Of a stretch of 64,000 bases of DNA, positions 48,723-58,687 are shown piece after piece; the stretch's first letter is position 1; every line of letters starts with the position of its first letter. This DNA is from Candidatus Hydrogenedentota bacterium (GTDB lineage: Bacteria > Hydrogenedentota > Hydrogenedentia > Hydrogenedentales > SLHB01). The DNA is taken from positions 1,248,001-1,312,000 of the forward strand of contig CAXXTH010000017.1 in assembly GCA_963668025.2 (NCBI GenBank), read 5' to 3'. The notes beneath the pieces are model-generated. The model saw only the letters and a list, made by a program, of their open reading frames with translations, searched no databases and was not told where the DNA came from. A program made the position numbers and the translations under genes.

Positions 48723-50228
48723 ATGACTGCTGTGACACGAGAGGTTGGCGAAGGGCCGGGACGCCTGGCGGGTTTTCTAGCGATGCTCTTGGGGGCCGCC
48801 ATTTTGGCCGCGGCCATTGTCGCCACGGGCGAGCAGGCGCTATACGGCCTTGCCGGGGCGCTCTTGTTTGCGCTATTCCTGCGATACCCCATACTCGGCC
48901 TATATATCACGACGGCGCTGCTCCTCATTTCCGGCTCCGCCACCATTGTGGGCGGCCTGCGCGTGAGCATTCCGCTTACGGCGTCAAAGGTAGCCGGTTT
49001 CGCCGCATTCACCGCGTGGGCCATCAACGTGGTGGTGACGCGCAAAAGGATCCGCTTTACCGCGCCCACTGCCGTATTGCTTGCCTTCCTCGGATGGTCG
49101 GCTTTGGGCGTGCTATTCTCCTCCGCCTATGAACAGCAATGGGCGGAATGGTTCCGCATGGCCACGCTCGTGGCGTATTTCGTGCTGGCCGTCAATTTGC
49201 TTGATTCCGGGCCGCGCATCCGGACGTTCGTGATCATTGTGCTCTTGTGCGGTTTGGCCATGGCGGCCTTCGCGCTGGCGCAGTATGTATTGCCCTCCAT
49301 GCAGGTCGAAATTGACCAAGCCTCGGCGGACGTGGGCGCACGCAAGGAAGTGGCGTTGATCGAGGCGACGGGCGGCGGGGAAGCCGTCCGCGTGAGCGGC
49401 GGCGCGGGGCACTCGAATTGGCTCGCCATGATCATTTTGATGACCCTTCCCCTTACGGCGTACTGGTTTATGAGCGCCCGCTCGTTCGTGGGCAAGGGCC
49501 TTTCACTATTGACCGTGGCCTTCGGCCTCGTGGCCCTTGTGCTGACCTTCACGCGCACGGGCTTCCTGGTCGGCGTCATCATCCTCGCCATTCTAGGTTT
49601 GCGCAATCTCGTGCGTTTCACGCCGCAGCGCGTTGTCGCCGTGGCGCTGGCGCTCTTCTTTGCATGGTTTTTCCTGCCCCAATCCTACAAAGAGCGCGTG
49701 TTGAATCTCGATCAATACACCAAAAGCGAATCGGTGCGGAACCGCATGGAATTGCAGCAAGCCGCTTGGGAAATGGCGGGCGAACATCCCCTGTTTGGAG
49801 TGGGCCTCGGCGGATACGGCCCGCGCCTGCTGCGCAGCAATATCCACGTGGCCAACATCATGCGCTGGTTCGTCGAGGATCAAGACTGGCCGCCCCAGTT
49901 CATTGGCTGCCACAATTTTTATCTGCAAGTAGCCAGCGAAACAGGCATCGTGGGCTTATTACTGATGCTCGCCTTTCTCGCCTTGGTGCTGCGGGAAGTG
50001 CGCCGGGCGCACCGTGAATTTCGCGAAGCAGGCAACCAGGCGGGCATGGCCCTCACCTCGACCCTCGAGGTGTGCATCATCGCGTTCCTGATCGCCGCCG
50101 TGTTCCTGCATGCCTTGCAGCAAAAAATCCTATGGATGATCGTCGCCCTGGCCACGGCCTCCTCGTATTACCAATTTGGCGGGCGTGAAGCGCCGCACGC
50201 CAAATCCGTTCCGGAGGCGCGCGCATGA
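48723..50228 (+). CDS. O-antigen ligase / Wzy-type polymerase family protein
   Basis: RVSGGAGHSN, LTFTRTG, HPLFGVGLGGY, HNFYLQVASETGIVG. Confidence 0.85.
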   Translation: MTAVTREVGEGPGRLAGFLAMLLGAAILAAAIVATGEQALYGLAGALLFALFLRYPILGLYITTALLLISGSATIVGGLRVSIPLTASKVAGFAAFTAWAINVVVTRKRIRFTAPTAVLLAFLGWSALGVLFSSAYEQQWAEWFRMATLVAYFVLAVNLLDSGPRIRTFVIIVLLCGLAMAAFALAQYVLPSMQVEIDQASADVGARKEVALIEATGGGEAVRVSGGAGHSNWLAMIILMTLPLTAYWFMSARSFVGKGLSLLTVAFGLVALVLTFTRTGFLVGVIILAILGLRNLVRFTPQRVVAVALALFFAWFFLPQSYKERVLNLDQYTKSESVRNRMELQQAAWEMAGEHPLFGVGLGGYGPRLLRSNIHVANIMRWFVEDQDWPPQFIGCHNFYLQVASETGIVGLLLMLAFLALVLREVRRAHREFREAGNQAGMALTSTLEVCIIAFLIAAVFLHALQQKILWMIVALATASSYYQFGGREAPHAKSVPEARA

Positions 50229-52374
50229 AAACGCATACGCTGGCCGTATTGGCGCTGGCGTGCATGGCTGGTGCGTTCCCGGCATCCGCACTTTCAGGAA
50301 CGGTGCAAGGAGAGGATGGCGCGGAGGTTCCTTTCGCCTTCATCGGCTTGCTCTCGAAAGATTTCGCCCTTGACGCCCAAGCCGCTTCGGGCGCGGACGG
50401 GCAATTCCGCCTGGACGGCTCCGGCGGCTATCTCGTGGTGCAGCCCCCCGCCGCCGCCACGCCGGAAGGCATCGACGTATACGCCTATCAACCGCGCATG
50501 TACCAGCTCGATGGCGCGCCGGACACGGCGAACATTCAGCTCCCCGCCGCCGCGTGCCTGGTGATTCGCGCGTATGGGCCTGATGGCGCACTGCTGCGCT
50601 GGGAGGATTTCCAAAAACGCGGCGAATTCGGCGGCGTTTTCCTCTACGCCACGAACCTCAATGACGAAGCCGCCGAAGCCGTGTGCTGGCCCTGCCATGA
50701 TGCCGTTTCAAAAAAGGCCGGTTCGCCCCGCGAGAAAGGACTGCCCGCCCTCGTGGTGCGGCCCGGCGCGTCCTATGCCGTGCAGCCGCTTTTCTGGGAA
50801 GCCCCCGGCTACGGCAAAGTCCTCTTGCGCGCGGACAATGCCGGGCAAGGTTTCAAGCCAGGAAAAGCGGGCGAGGCCGTGTTCATCGACTTGAATCTCG
50901 AACTGGCCCGTACGGCAGTATATGCGCTCGAACGCCGCGCCAGCGCCTTCCCCGCATTGCGGTCGCTGGATATCGCCCTCGCGAATTACGAAATCGAGCA
51001 GGCCGCCGCACTGTCCGAGCCTGCCGCGCGCGCCGCAGCCGCCGACCGCGTCCTCGCCAAAGCGCTCGAGTTGCGCGATACCCTTGAACTGGAGCGGGCG
51101 CGCACCGCGATTCCTAAATTGCGCCAGGGGAGCATCGAGGTGCGCGTCGTGGACGCCAAAGGACAGCCCGTGTCCGGATGCACGGTGAAGATCGAACAGC
51201 AGACGCACGCCTTCCAGTTCGGCGTATTCGAGGGCGGACCGTATAACGCCCAGCCCTTTAAAACGGCCCGCGAAGCGGGCTTCAATCTGGCGACGACCCT
51301 CCCGGGCTGGGGATGGACCGATGCGCACAGCAAGACCCAATGGGACGCCCTCGACAAGACGCTGGGCCTCTCGGCGTTGCGCGCCCAGGGCTATACAGTG
51401 AAGGCCCACGGCGTGGTGTGGATGCAGGACTACGGCATTCTACCCAAAAAGGCCAAGGGAATGGCGAAGGCGGACCTGGCCGCCGCCGCGCTCGAGCACC
51501 AGCGCGGCATGCTCGATGCCTGGGCGGACTGCATCGGCTTGTGGGAGGCGGTGAACGAACCGGCCACGACCAACAACGCGGGTCTGTCCCGTGACGACAT
51601 GCTGGGCCTGCTGCGCGGCGCGGCGGACGCCATCAAGTCCCACGAGGGCCTGGCGTCCTTGGTGAACAGCCCCCATGAATCCGATTATGGCCGGAAATAC
51701 CTCTTCTTCGGCCTCGACAACCAACCGGTGAACAATTACCCCGAGACGTACTCCGTCTTTCTGAATCAGGCCCGCGCGGCGGGTGCGCTGGACAAGGTGG
51801 ATATCATCGGCCTCCAGTTCTACCCCGGCTACCGCTTCGCGGAGTACCTGGGCGGCTACCAAGGGCCGGGACATTGCCCCGGCTGGCTGGCGGATACGCT
51901 CGAACGGTATAACGCCTTCGGCAAGCCCATCCACATCACCGAGTTCTCCGCGCCATCGAGTTATGGCCCGGATTGGCATGCGGGCTATTGGCATGAGAAG
52001 TCCAGCCCGAAGACCCAGGCCGATTGGGGTCGAGGCGGTGTTCACGCTGGCCTTTGGCACGGAGGGCGTCGAGTCGGTCACCTACTGGGACATCACCGAC
52101 AAGAACCCGTCCGTACTGACCGGCGGCCTCCTCGACGCCAGCGGACAGCCCAAGCCCGCCTTTGACCGGGCGCGCGCCCTGCTCGATAGCTGGACGACCC
52201 ACGCCACCGCCATCACCGGCGAGGACGGCATAGCCCACGTGGACGCCTTCGCGGGAACCTATGCCGTGGAAGCCGCCACGCCGAAGGGCGAAAACAGGCA
52301 GCGCCACTATCGAGGTGAAGGCGCACGAAGCGGTGTCTTGTGAGGTCCGCTTGAAAGGGGAGGGCGCGCGATGA
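50225..52374 (+). CDS. Secreted GH10-like glycoside hydrolase with two apparent +1 homopolymer frameshifts (52026-52029, 52291-52294)
   Basis: Signal peptide; VKAHGVVW, WEAVNEP, IHITEF, then TYWD, GGLLD, PKPAF in the next frame; corrected ORF ends with TGA overlapping the next ATG. Confidence 0.7.
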
Positions 52375-53535
52375 ATCCGGTCCGGGTGTTGTATCTGATT
52401 CGTACGTGGGCCCTCGGCGGGTCGCACACCATCATGTATTTGCTGCTCGAACACCTGCCCAAGGACCGCTTCGAGATCATTGTCGTGCCGTATGACTCCC
52501 ATTCCGGGGGCGACGAGGCCTTCATCGCCGGATGCGAGAAACGGGGCATCCCCGTGGCCCCCGAGCGCATCCCCTGGAAGTCGCGCTTCGCGTGGAACCA
52601 GGCCCGGCAGGCCGTGTCCGATTTGGTCGCGAAATACCACATCGACCTCATCCACACCCACGACCCCCATTCGGACGTGCTCATCGGCATCGGCCGCAAA
52701 CGCTGGCCCTGCGCCTGCGTGGCCAGCCCCTATGGCTGGTGGGAACGCCTCTTCCCCCTGCGGAGCCACGTCCATGTGATGCTCGAAAAATACTGGGCGC
52801 TGCCGCAATTCGAGCGTCTCATCACCGTCTCCGAGAACATGAAATCGAAGATCCTCGAGGGCTTCGCGGACGCCGAACGCATCCGCGTCGTCCACACGGG
52901 CCTCGACCTCGCGTTTCTCGACAAAGGCGCAGCACGCGAGGCCGTACGCGCCGAACTCGCCATCCCCGCCGAGGCATGCGTCGTGGGCACCGTGAGCCGC
53001 ATCTACATCGAGAAAGGCCACACCTACCTCCTCCAAGCCGCCGCCCAACTCGCTACTGCCCACCCGGACCTCCACGTCCTCATCGTGGGTGACGGCCCCC
53101 CTGCGCCCCGCCCTCGAAGCCGAGGCCGCCCAACGAGGCCTCGTGGGACGCGCCCATTTCACCGGCTTCTACCATGATCTCCCCGGCGCACTGCGCGCCA
53201 TGGATATCTTCGCCTTGCCCTCGATTCTCGACGAAGGCTTCCCCACGGCCGTGCTCGAGGCCCAAGCAGCGGGCCTGCCCGTGGTGGCGTCGAACGTCGG
53301 CGGCACCAGCGAGACCATGGACGTGGGCCGGACAGGCCTGCTCGTGCCGAAGAAAAACGCGACGGCCCTAGCGGACGCCTTAGGCGGCCTGGCGTCCGAC
53401 GCCGCGAAACGCCAAGAAATGGGCGAAGCAGCCCGCCAATGGATCGCCCGTTCCTTCTCCCTCGAAGACATGATCGCCCGCGTGAGCCAGACCTACGAAG
53501 AAGCGCTGGCATGCTACGCGCGGAGGAGCGAATGA
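52371..53535 (+). CDS. GT4 glycosyltransferase with an apparent +1 frameshift in the C-run at 53096-53101
   Basis: DLIHTH, EKGH, VGDGP then LRPALE, EGFPTAVLEAQAAGLPVV. Confidence 0.85.
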
Positions 53536-53632
53536 TTTTCAACACAAAGACACGAAGACACAAGGAGGCTCGGGGGAGTTCGATTGCTAGACCGGGATAA
53601 GTAGATCATCTAATAAAAGGAAAGCAAGTGTG

Positions 53633-54430
53633 ATGAACAAACCGTCAAAATCAAAAGCACTGGAGCGTTTACGCAAAGCATTGGAGCCCATTCCAAATTT
53701 TCAGAGGGTAAATCCTGGTTCTGCTGAGTTGAAAGAGTGGCAACGGAATACTAGGATCGCCATCAAGAAGGTGTTTATTGATGATGAGCATGTAAAGGAA
53801 TTTGATAGAATCCAATTTGATGCTTGGAGCAAAGAGCGAGCCATAAACCGAGAAGATATCTACCAAAGCGGCCTCATCTCTGCGTTATCCATGCTCCGAT
53901 CAATGATTCATGAGGTTGAAGATGATTGGCCCGACGAAGAGGACGAGACCGGAGCTTCGTCGCTTTGCAATACTGCCCCTAAGATAATAGATCAAGTCTT
54001 CATAATCCATGGACGAGATAACGAAGTCAAAGAGACCGTGGCGCGTTTCATCGAAAAACTCGGTCTAAAACCTGTTATTCTACATGAACAGCCCAGCCAA
54101 GGTCGTACTCTCATGGAAAAATTCGAGCAGCACGCCGAGGTCGGATATGCCATAGCCCTGTTGACTTCTGACGATGTAGGCGCGCTTCGAGGAGACGAGC
54201 AAAACTCTAAGCCTCGTGCAAGGCAAAATGTGATCTTTGAATTAGGGTACTTCATGGGACGCTTTGGCCGTGCTCGGGTTTGTGCATTAACGAAGGGTGA
54301 TCTGGAACTACCATCAGACTACGCAAATACCGTCTACGTTCCTTTTAATTCATCGGGAGGCTGGAAATTTGATCTCGTGAAAGATCTGAGGGCTGCTGGC
54401 TTCGAAATAGATGCAAACCTCGTGTTCTAG
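53633..54430 (+). CDS. TIR-like (CAP12/Pycsar-type) nucleotide-binding domain protein
   Basis: VFIIHGRD, LHEQPSQGRTLMEKFE, LTSDD, RARQNVIFELGYFMG, ELPSD; lower GC than its flanks. Confidence 0.88.
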   Translation: MNKPSKSKALERLRKALEPIPNFQRVNPGSAELKEWQRNTRIAIKKVFIDDEHVKEFDRIQFDAWSKERAINREDIYQSGLISALSMLRSMIHEVEDDWPDEEDETGASSLCNTAPKIIDQVFIIHGRDNEVKETVARFIEKLGLKPVILHEQPSQGRTLMEKFEQHAEVGYAIALLTSDDVGALRGDEQNSKPRARQNVIFELGYFMGRFGRARVCALTKGDLELPSDYANTVYVPFNSSGGWKFDLVKDLRAAGFEIDANLVF

Positions 54431-54610
54431 GAAATGGCTGCTAAGTAGTATCGAGCAACCATTTAGCGCCAAGAAAACTTAACAAAACACAGGATAGCCA
54501 AACAATCACTTATAATTCGTTGTGTCTTCGTGTCTTAGTGGTGAATCTTCCGGATCTTCACCACCAAGACACGAAGGCACAAGGATGCTCTCAAGGACTG
54601 GAGGTGTGTG

Positions 54611-55174
54611 ATGGCCGATCAAGAGTCGAATGCCGATGCCGCTATCCCGGTGGATGTGTTGCGTGTAGCGTTGAGGGGCCAATACCACGCCGCCTTGGTG
54701 ATGTTGCAGCAGGCGGTCGAGCGGTGCCCCGAAGACCTGTGGAACAGCAGCGCCCACCCCAACCGGTTCTGGCACGTCGCCTACCACGCCCTGTTCTTTA
54801 CGCACCTCTACTTACAGCCCAATGACGCGGCGTTCCAAGCGTGGGAGTACCACCGTGAGGAATACCAGTTCCTGGGTAGGTTGCCCTGGCCGCCCCATGA
54901 CGCGCCCAAGATCGGCGAATCCTACGCCAAGGCGGAGGTGTTGGCGTATGGCCGATATTGCGCCGCCATGGTGAACGACGCCGTCGACCACCTGGACCTC
55001 TCCGCGCCGGACTGCGGTTTCTGGTGGTACCAGATGCCCAAGCTGGCCCACCAGATGGTGAACATCCGACACCTCCAACACCACGCGGGCCAACTGGCCG
55101 ACCGCCTCCGCGCCGCCGCCCACGTGGGGATCGATTGGATTGGCGCTGGCGATAAGGAAAAGCCAGGGGAATGA
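54611..55174 (+). CDS. DinB-family protein
   Basis: CPEDLW, FWHVAYHALFF, NIRHLQHHAGQL. Confidence 0.8.
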   Translation: MADQESNADAAIPVDVLRVALRGQYHAALVMLQQAVERCPEDLWNSSAHPNRFWHVAYHALFFTHLYLQPNDAAFQAWEYHREEYQFLGRLPWPPHDAPKIGESYAKAEVLAYGRYCAAMVNDAVDHLDLSAPDCGFWWYQMPKLAHQMVNIRHLQHHAGQLADRLRAAAHVGIDWIGAGDKEKPGE

Positions 55175-55605
55175 CACGACGGGCATTTGCCGGATCTTTC
55201 ACCACCAAGGCACAAAGACACAAGGAGGTTGGCATGGATTGTATGCCTGCTATAGCTAAAGAATGCATCTGCTAATGACATATCCAAATAAAAACAGGCC
55301 AATAATTACTTATAACTCCTTGTGCCTTAGTGTCTTGGTGGTGGAAAATCCAGATGATTTGCCACTTCGTTATAGCATGTTTGAGGAAAGAAAAAACATT
55401 GGTACCGATTTCTCTGTGGTCCTCCGTGGCCTCTGTGGTGAAAATTCCGGATTCTGCACCACAGAGGCCACGGAGGATCACAGAGAGAGCTTCAGCAAGG
55501 CAAGTTGGGCCGAAAATCACCAATAAATGCTCATGAAGAGGCTAGAAATCATATCCTAACCAGCGTATCGAATGGACGCATCTACGAACCGAGATAGGGT
55601 AGTAT

Positions 55606-56208
55606 ATGAAAGAAACGCACGGCGTCTATATCCGCGAGGCATACAAGGACTACACGCCGCCGTTTGACGCGGTGAAGGTGGTGGACCGGCTCCTGAACGG
55701 CATCCCGAAGAAGTATCTTGCGGGGCTTCACACCGTCGTCATCACGAACATGGGGCATATGTCCCGCGAGGAACGCCGGCGGAAGACAAAATCCCGAAAA
55801 CGTAAAGTCATCTTAAGCCAGCGTGGCGGGTCCTATTGTGAACAGTGGAAAGGGGAACCGGCTCATATCCAACTCATACTGGATAACATCATCGGACGAC
55901 GCCCAAAATGGTTGCTGCGTTTTCCTTATGTCCAAGATACTGCCCTTGCTACCGTGTTGTTCCATGAGATCGGCCATCATATTCACAAGACGCAAGCGCC
56001 GGAGAGCAGGGAACGGGAGAATGTCGCCGAAGATTGGTGCACGAAGCTGCTGGGTCTCTATATAGACAAACAGTACGGGTATCTACAGAAACCCATGAAC
56101 GCTGTGTTCTGGACAGCCATAAAGCCTATAATTTGGTTTCTAGAGAGACTAGTGAGAACCAGTAAACGTTCCCGTCACCATTCCCAGCGCCGCACACACG
56201 CGGGATAA
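55606..56208 (+). CDS. Hypothetical protein with an HExxH metallopeptidase-like motif
   Basis: VLFHEIGHHIH followed by a downstream Glu. Confidence 0.55.
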   Translation: MKETHGVYIREAYKDYTPPFDAVKVVDRLLNGIPKKYLAGLHTVVITNMGHMSREERRRKTKSRKRKVILSQRGGSYCEQWKGEPAHIQLILDNIIGRRPKWLLRFPYVQDTALATVLFHEIGHHIHKTQAPESRERENVAEDWCTKLLGLYIDKQYGYLQKPMNAVFWTAIKPIIWFLERLVRTSKRSRHHSQRRTHAG

Positions 56209-56250
56209 CGAGATTCTAGAACACGGAATAAAACAAAGGAGTTCAATGAG

Positions 56251-57033
56251 ATGAAGACCATTTTACTGATGGCCATTATGATGCTCGCCGCCGTGTCTCA
56301 TGCGGAGGACATGCAGAAATACCTGCACGACACGCGCGAGATGGTGAAACAGAAAAAATACGAGGAAGCCCTCAATCGCTGTATTTGGTTTCACGAGCAC
56401 GCACTCGAACATGATCCAGGGATGTACGGAGTCCGCTTGTCGTTTGCGCTGTCGGACTGGAAAGAACTGGGAGATGTCTATCCCCCCGCCAAAACGGCCC
56501 TCATTGAAACGCGTGATCGCAAGACAAAACTGATAGAGGAAGACAAGGGTAGCTTCTACTTTTTTGCCGATGTGGTTGCTCTGAATAGAATCCTTGGTGA
56601 GGCTCAGAAGACCGTTGCGCTCTTTGAACTCGTGGACCGTACGCAGCCCGAGTCAGCGAAGGAGTATTGGAACGTGGCGGAGGACGCAGTGATCTCCGCT
56701 AAGCGCTATGACCTCGTCCGCAAGTATATTGGAAATCCCGTGCGCGAGTTTCTGGAAGTCAAGGCTAGGTATGATGAGGAGAAAGCGTCGTACGATGACC
56801 CACGGATGGGAGGAGAGCACTTCAAGGCATGGAACGAAGACCATTTTGTCGAAGAGAGCGTCAAGCTGATCGGGGTCGCTCTTGCGCTGGACGATAAGAA
56901 GGCCGCCCAGGAGATCCAGCAACAGGCATTGGCCATACTCGATGATTATCGCCTCCGTGACGCCATCCCTAAAGAACAAGCTGAAACAGCGCCACCCAGC
57001 ACAGAAGGCGGCGGGCAGAAAACCACGCCTTAA
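56251..57033 (+). CDS. Exported hypothetical protein (helical)
   Basis: Signal peptide MKTILLMAIMMLAAVSHA; AAGGAG RBS; GVRLSFALSDW. Confidence 0.65.
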   Translation: MKTILLMAIMMLAAVSHAEDMQKYLHDTREMVKQKKYEEALNRCIWFHEHALEHDPGMYGVRLSFALSDWKELGDVYPPAKTALIETRDRKTKLIEEDKGSFYFFADVVALNRILGEAQKTVALFELVDRTQPESAKEYWNVAEDAVISAKRYDLVRKYIGNPVREFLEVKARYDEEKASYDDPRMGGEHFKAWNEDHFVEESVKLIGVALALDDKKAAQEIQQQALAILDDYRLRDAIPKEQAETAPPSTEGGGQKTTP

Positions 57034-57193
57034 TCGCCCCATGAGGTTTAGCAATCACTCACGCGAAGGCGCGAAGACGCGAAGATGCGCGCAAGGATGC
57101 CGTTATAGAGCGCAACTCATAAGGGGCGCAAGCAAACAATCCCGTATAACTCCTTGTGTCTTAGTGCCTTGGTGGTGAATAATCCGGTTCATC

Positions 57194-58303
57194 ATGACGA
57201 AACAACGCCCACGCATCGCGATTGACGCCCACGCCTTGGGCACCCAGGCGGGGGGCAACGAGACGTTCGTGCGCCAATTGCTCGAAGGCCTCCGAGCCGT
57301 GTCGCCCGATACGGACATCGTGGCGCTGGTCCATACCGGCGCGCCCGAGGGCCTTACGTCGGGTTTTCCGGCATACCCCATGCAGTCCCGCTCGTCGTGG
57401 CTGCGGGTGCCTTTCGGGCTGCCCGCCGCCGTCCGGGCCACCCATGCGGACCTGCTCCATGTGCAATACATCGCCCCGCCGGTTTGCCCCGTCCCTTTCG
57501 TGGTCACGCTGCACGACATGGTATGGAAGCGGTTCCCCGAGACGCTCCGCACGGTGGACCGGATGCGCCTGGCGGCGCTCGTGCCGGGCACGCTACGCCG
57601 GGCGGCGCGCGTGTTCGTGGTGAGCGAGGCGATGAAGCGGGAAGCCATGGCGTTCTACGGCGTTCCCGAGTCCAAGATCGACGTGGTCTACAACTCCGTG
57701 GACCCCTTGTACCGCCCGGTGGCGGACCCCGAGCGCCTGGCGGCTGTGCGGGCGCGATACGGCCTGCCGGAACGCTATGTGGCTTACATGGGCCAGCTCC
57801 AGCCGCGCAAGAACGTCCTCCGCCTTGCCGAGGCCTTCGCCCGCTTGCAGGGCGAAGCGCCCCATGCGCTGGTGTTCATCGGCAAACAAAGCTGGCGCTA
57901 CCGGGAGATCGGCGAAGGCCTCGAACGGCTCCATCTCGGCGAACGCCTCCGCTTCACGGGATACGTGGAACAAGAAGACCTGCCCGCCCTGCTCTCCGCA
58001 GCGGATGTCTTTGCCTATCTATCACTCTACGAAGGCTTTGGCCTTCCTGTAGCGGAGGCCATGGCTTGTGGGACGCCCGTCCTCACCTCGACGGACCCGG
58101 CGTTAAGTGAAGTGGCGGGGGGCGCCGCTCTCACGTGCGACCCCATGAGCGTGGACGACATTGAAGCGGCCTTGCGCCGCTTGCTGCTGGATGAAGGGCT
58201 TCGTAAAACGCTGGCCTTGGCTGGCCCTGAACGGGCAAAATGTTTCGCACGCGAATCCATGGCCCGGGCCGCTCTCGCCGGGTATGAAAACGCCCTCGCC
58301 TGA
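57194..58303 (+). CDS. GT4 glycosyltransferase
   Basis: VTLHD, QPRKN, YEGFGLPVAEAMACGTPV. Confidence 0.92.
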   Translation: MTKQRPRIAIDAHALGTQAGGNETFVRQLLEGLRAVSPDTDIVALVHTGAPEGLTSGFPAYPMQSRSSWLRVPFGLPAAVRATHADLLHVQYIAPPVCPVPFVVTLHDMVWKRFPETLRTVDRMRLAALVPGTLRRAARVFVVSEAMKREAMAFYGVPESKIDVVYNSVDPLYRPVADPERLAAVRARYGLPERYVAYMGQLQPRKNVLRLAEAFARLQGEAPHALVFIGKQSWRYREIGEGLERLHLGERLRFTGYVEQEDLPALLSAADVFAYLSLYEGFGLPVAEAMACGTPVLTSTDPALSEVAGGAALTCDPMSVDDIEAALRRLLLDEGLRKTLALAGPERAKCFARESMARAALAGYENALA

Positions 58304-58687
58304 TATCGCACATATGCCACTTCTAATACTTCCTCGATCTGTTGAATATACAATATATTGTGGTTGGGTAATGTTTATAGGTTATAGCAACATCTTAGCC
58401 CGGGTTTTTGGTTATTTAGTGTTATTATTTATTGTATTTCGGGTATAGCGAAGCATAAAATATAGAATACATCGGTATTATTATATGGGTATTCGGCGAA
58501 GTGGCGACAATTCTGTGAAATACTAGACACAAACACTGGCCATTTACGGTGAAAAACGGTTCCCTGCGCACCCATTCAGAGGTATGGATAACGTCAGTCA
58601 CCACAATATTTTGTTGCATTCATTATTGACACCTGATAGAATATGCGCAGGATAAGTAGTGAGAACCAGGTAGAGTGTTGGTAAGCG

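Larger units (their letters stand above)
53538..57179. repeat. Set of CACCACCAAGACACGAAGGCACAAGG-type repeats bracketing an accessory island
   Basis: Forward copies at 53538, 54557, 55198; reverse copies at 54520, 55316, 57150; related pair at 55412-55485 and an arm at 57058. Confidence 0.85.

Noticed and set aside
53538-57179. CRISPR array or classical integron
   Set aside because: Repeats alternate in orientation, are imperfect and are separated by 10-1800 bp; no cas or intI gene; no clear RYYYAAC/GTTRRRY attC boxes
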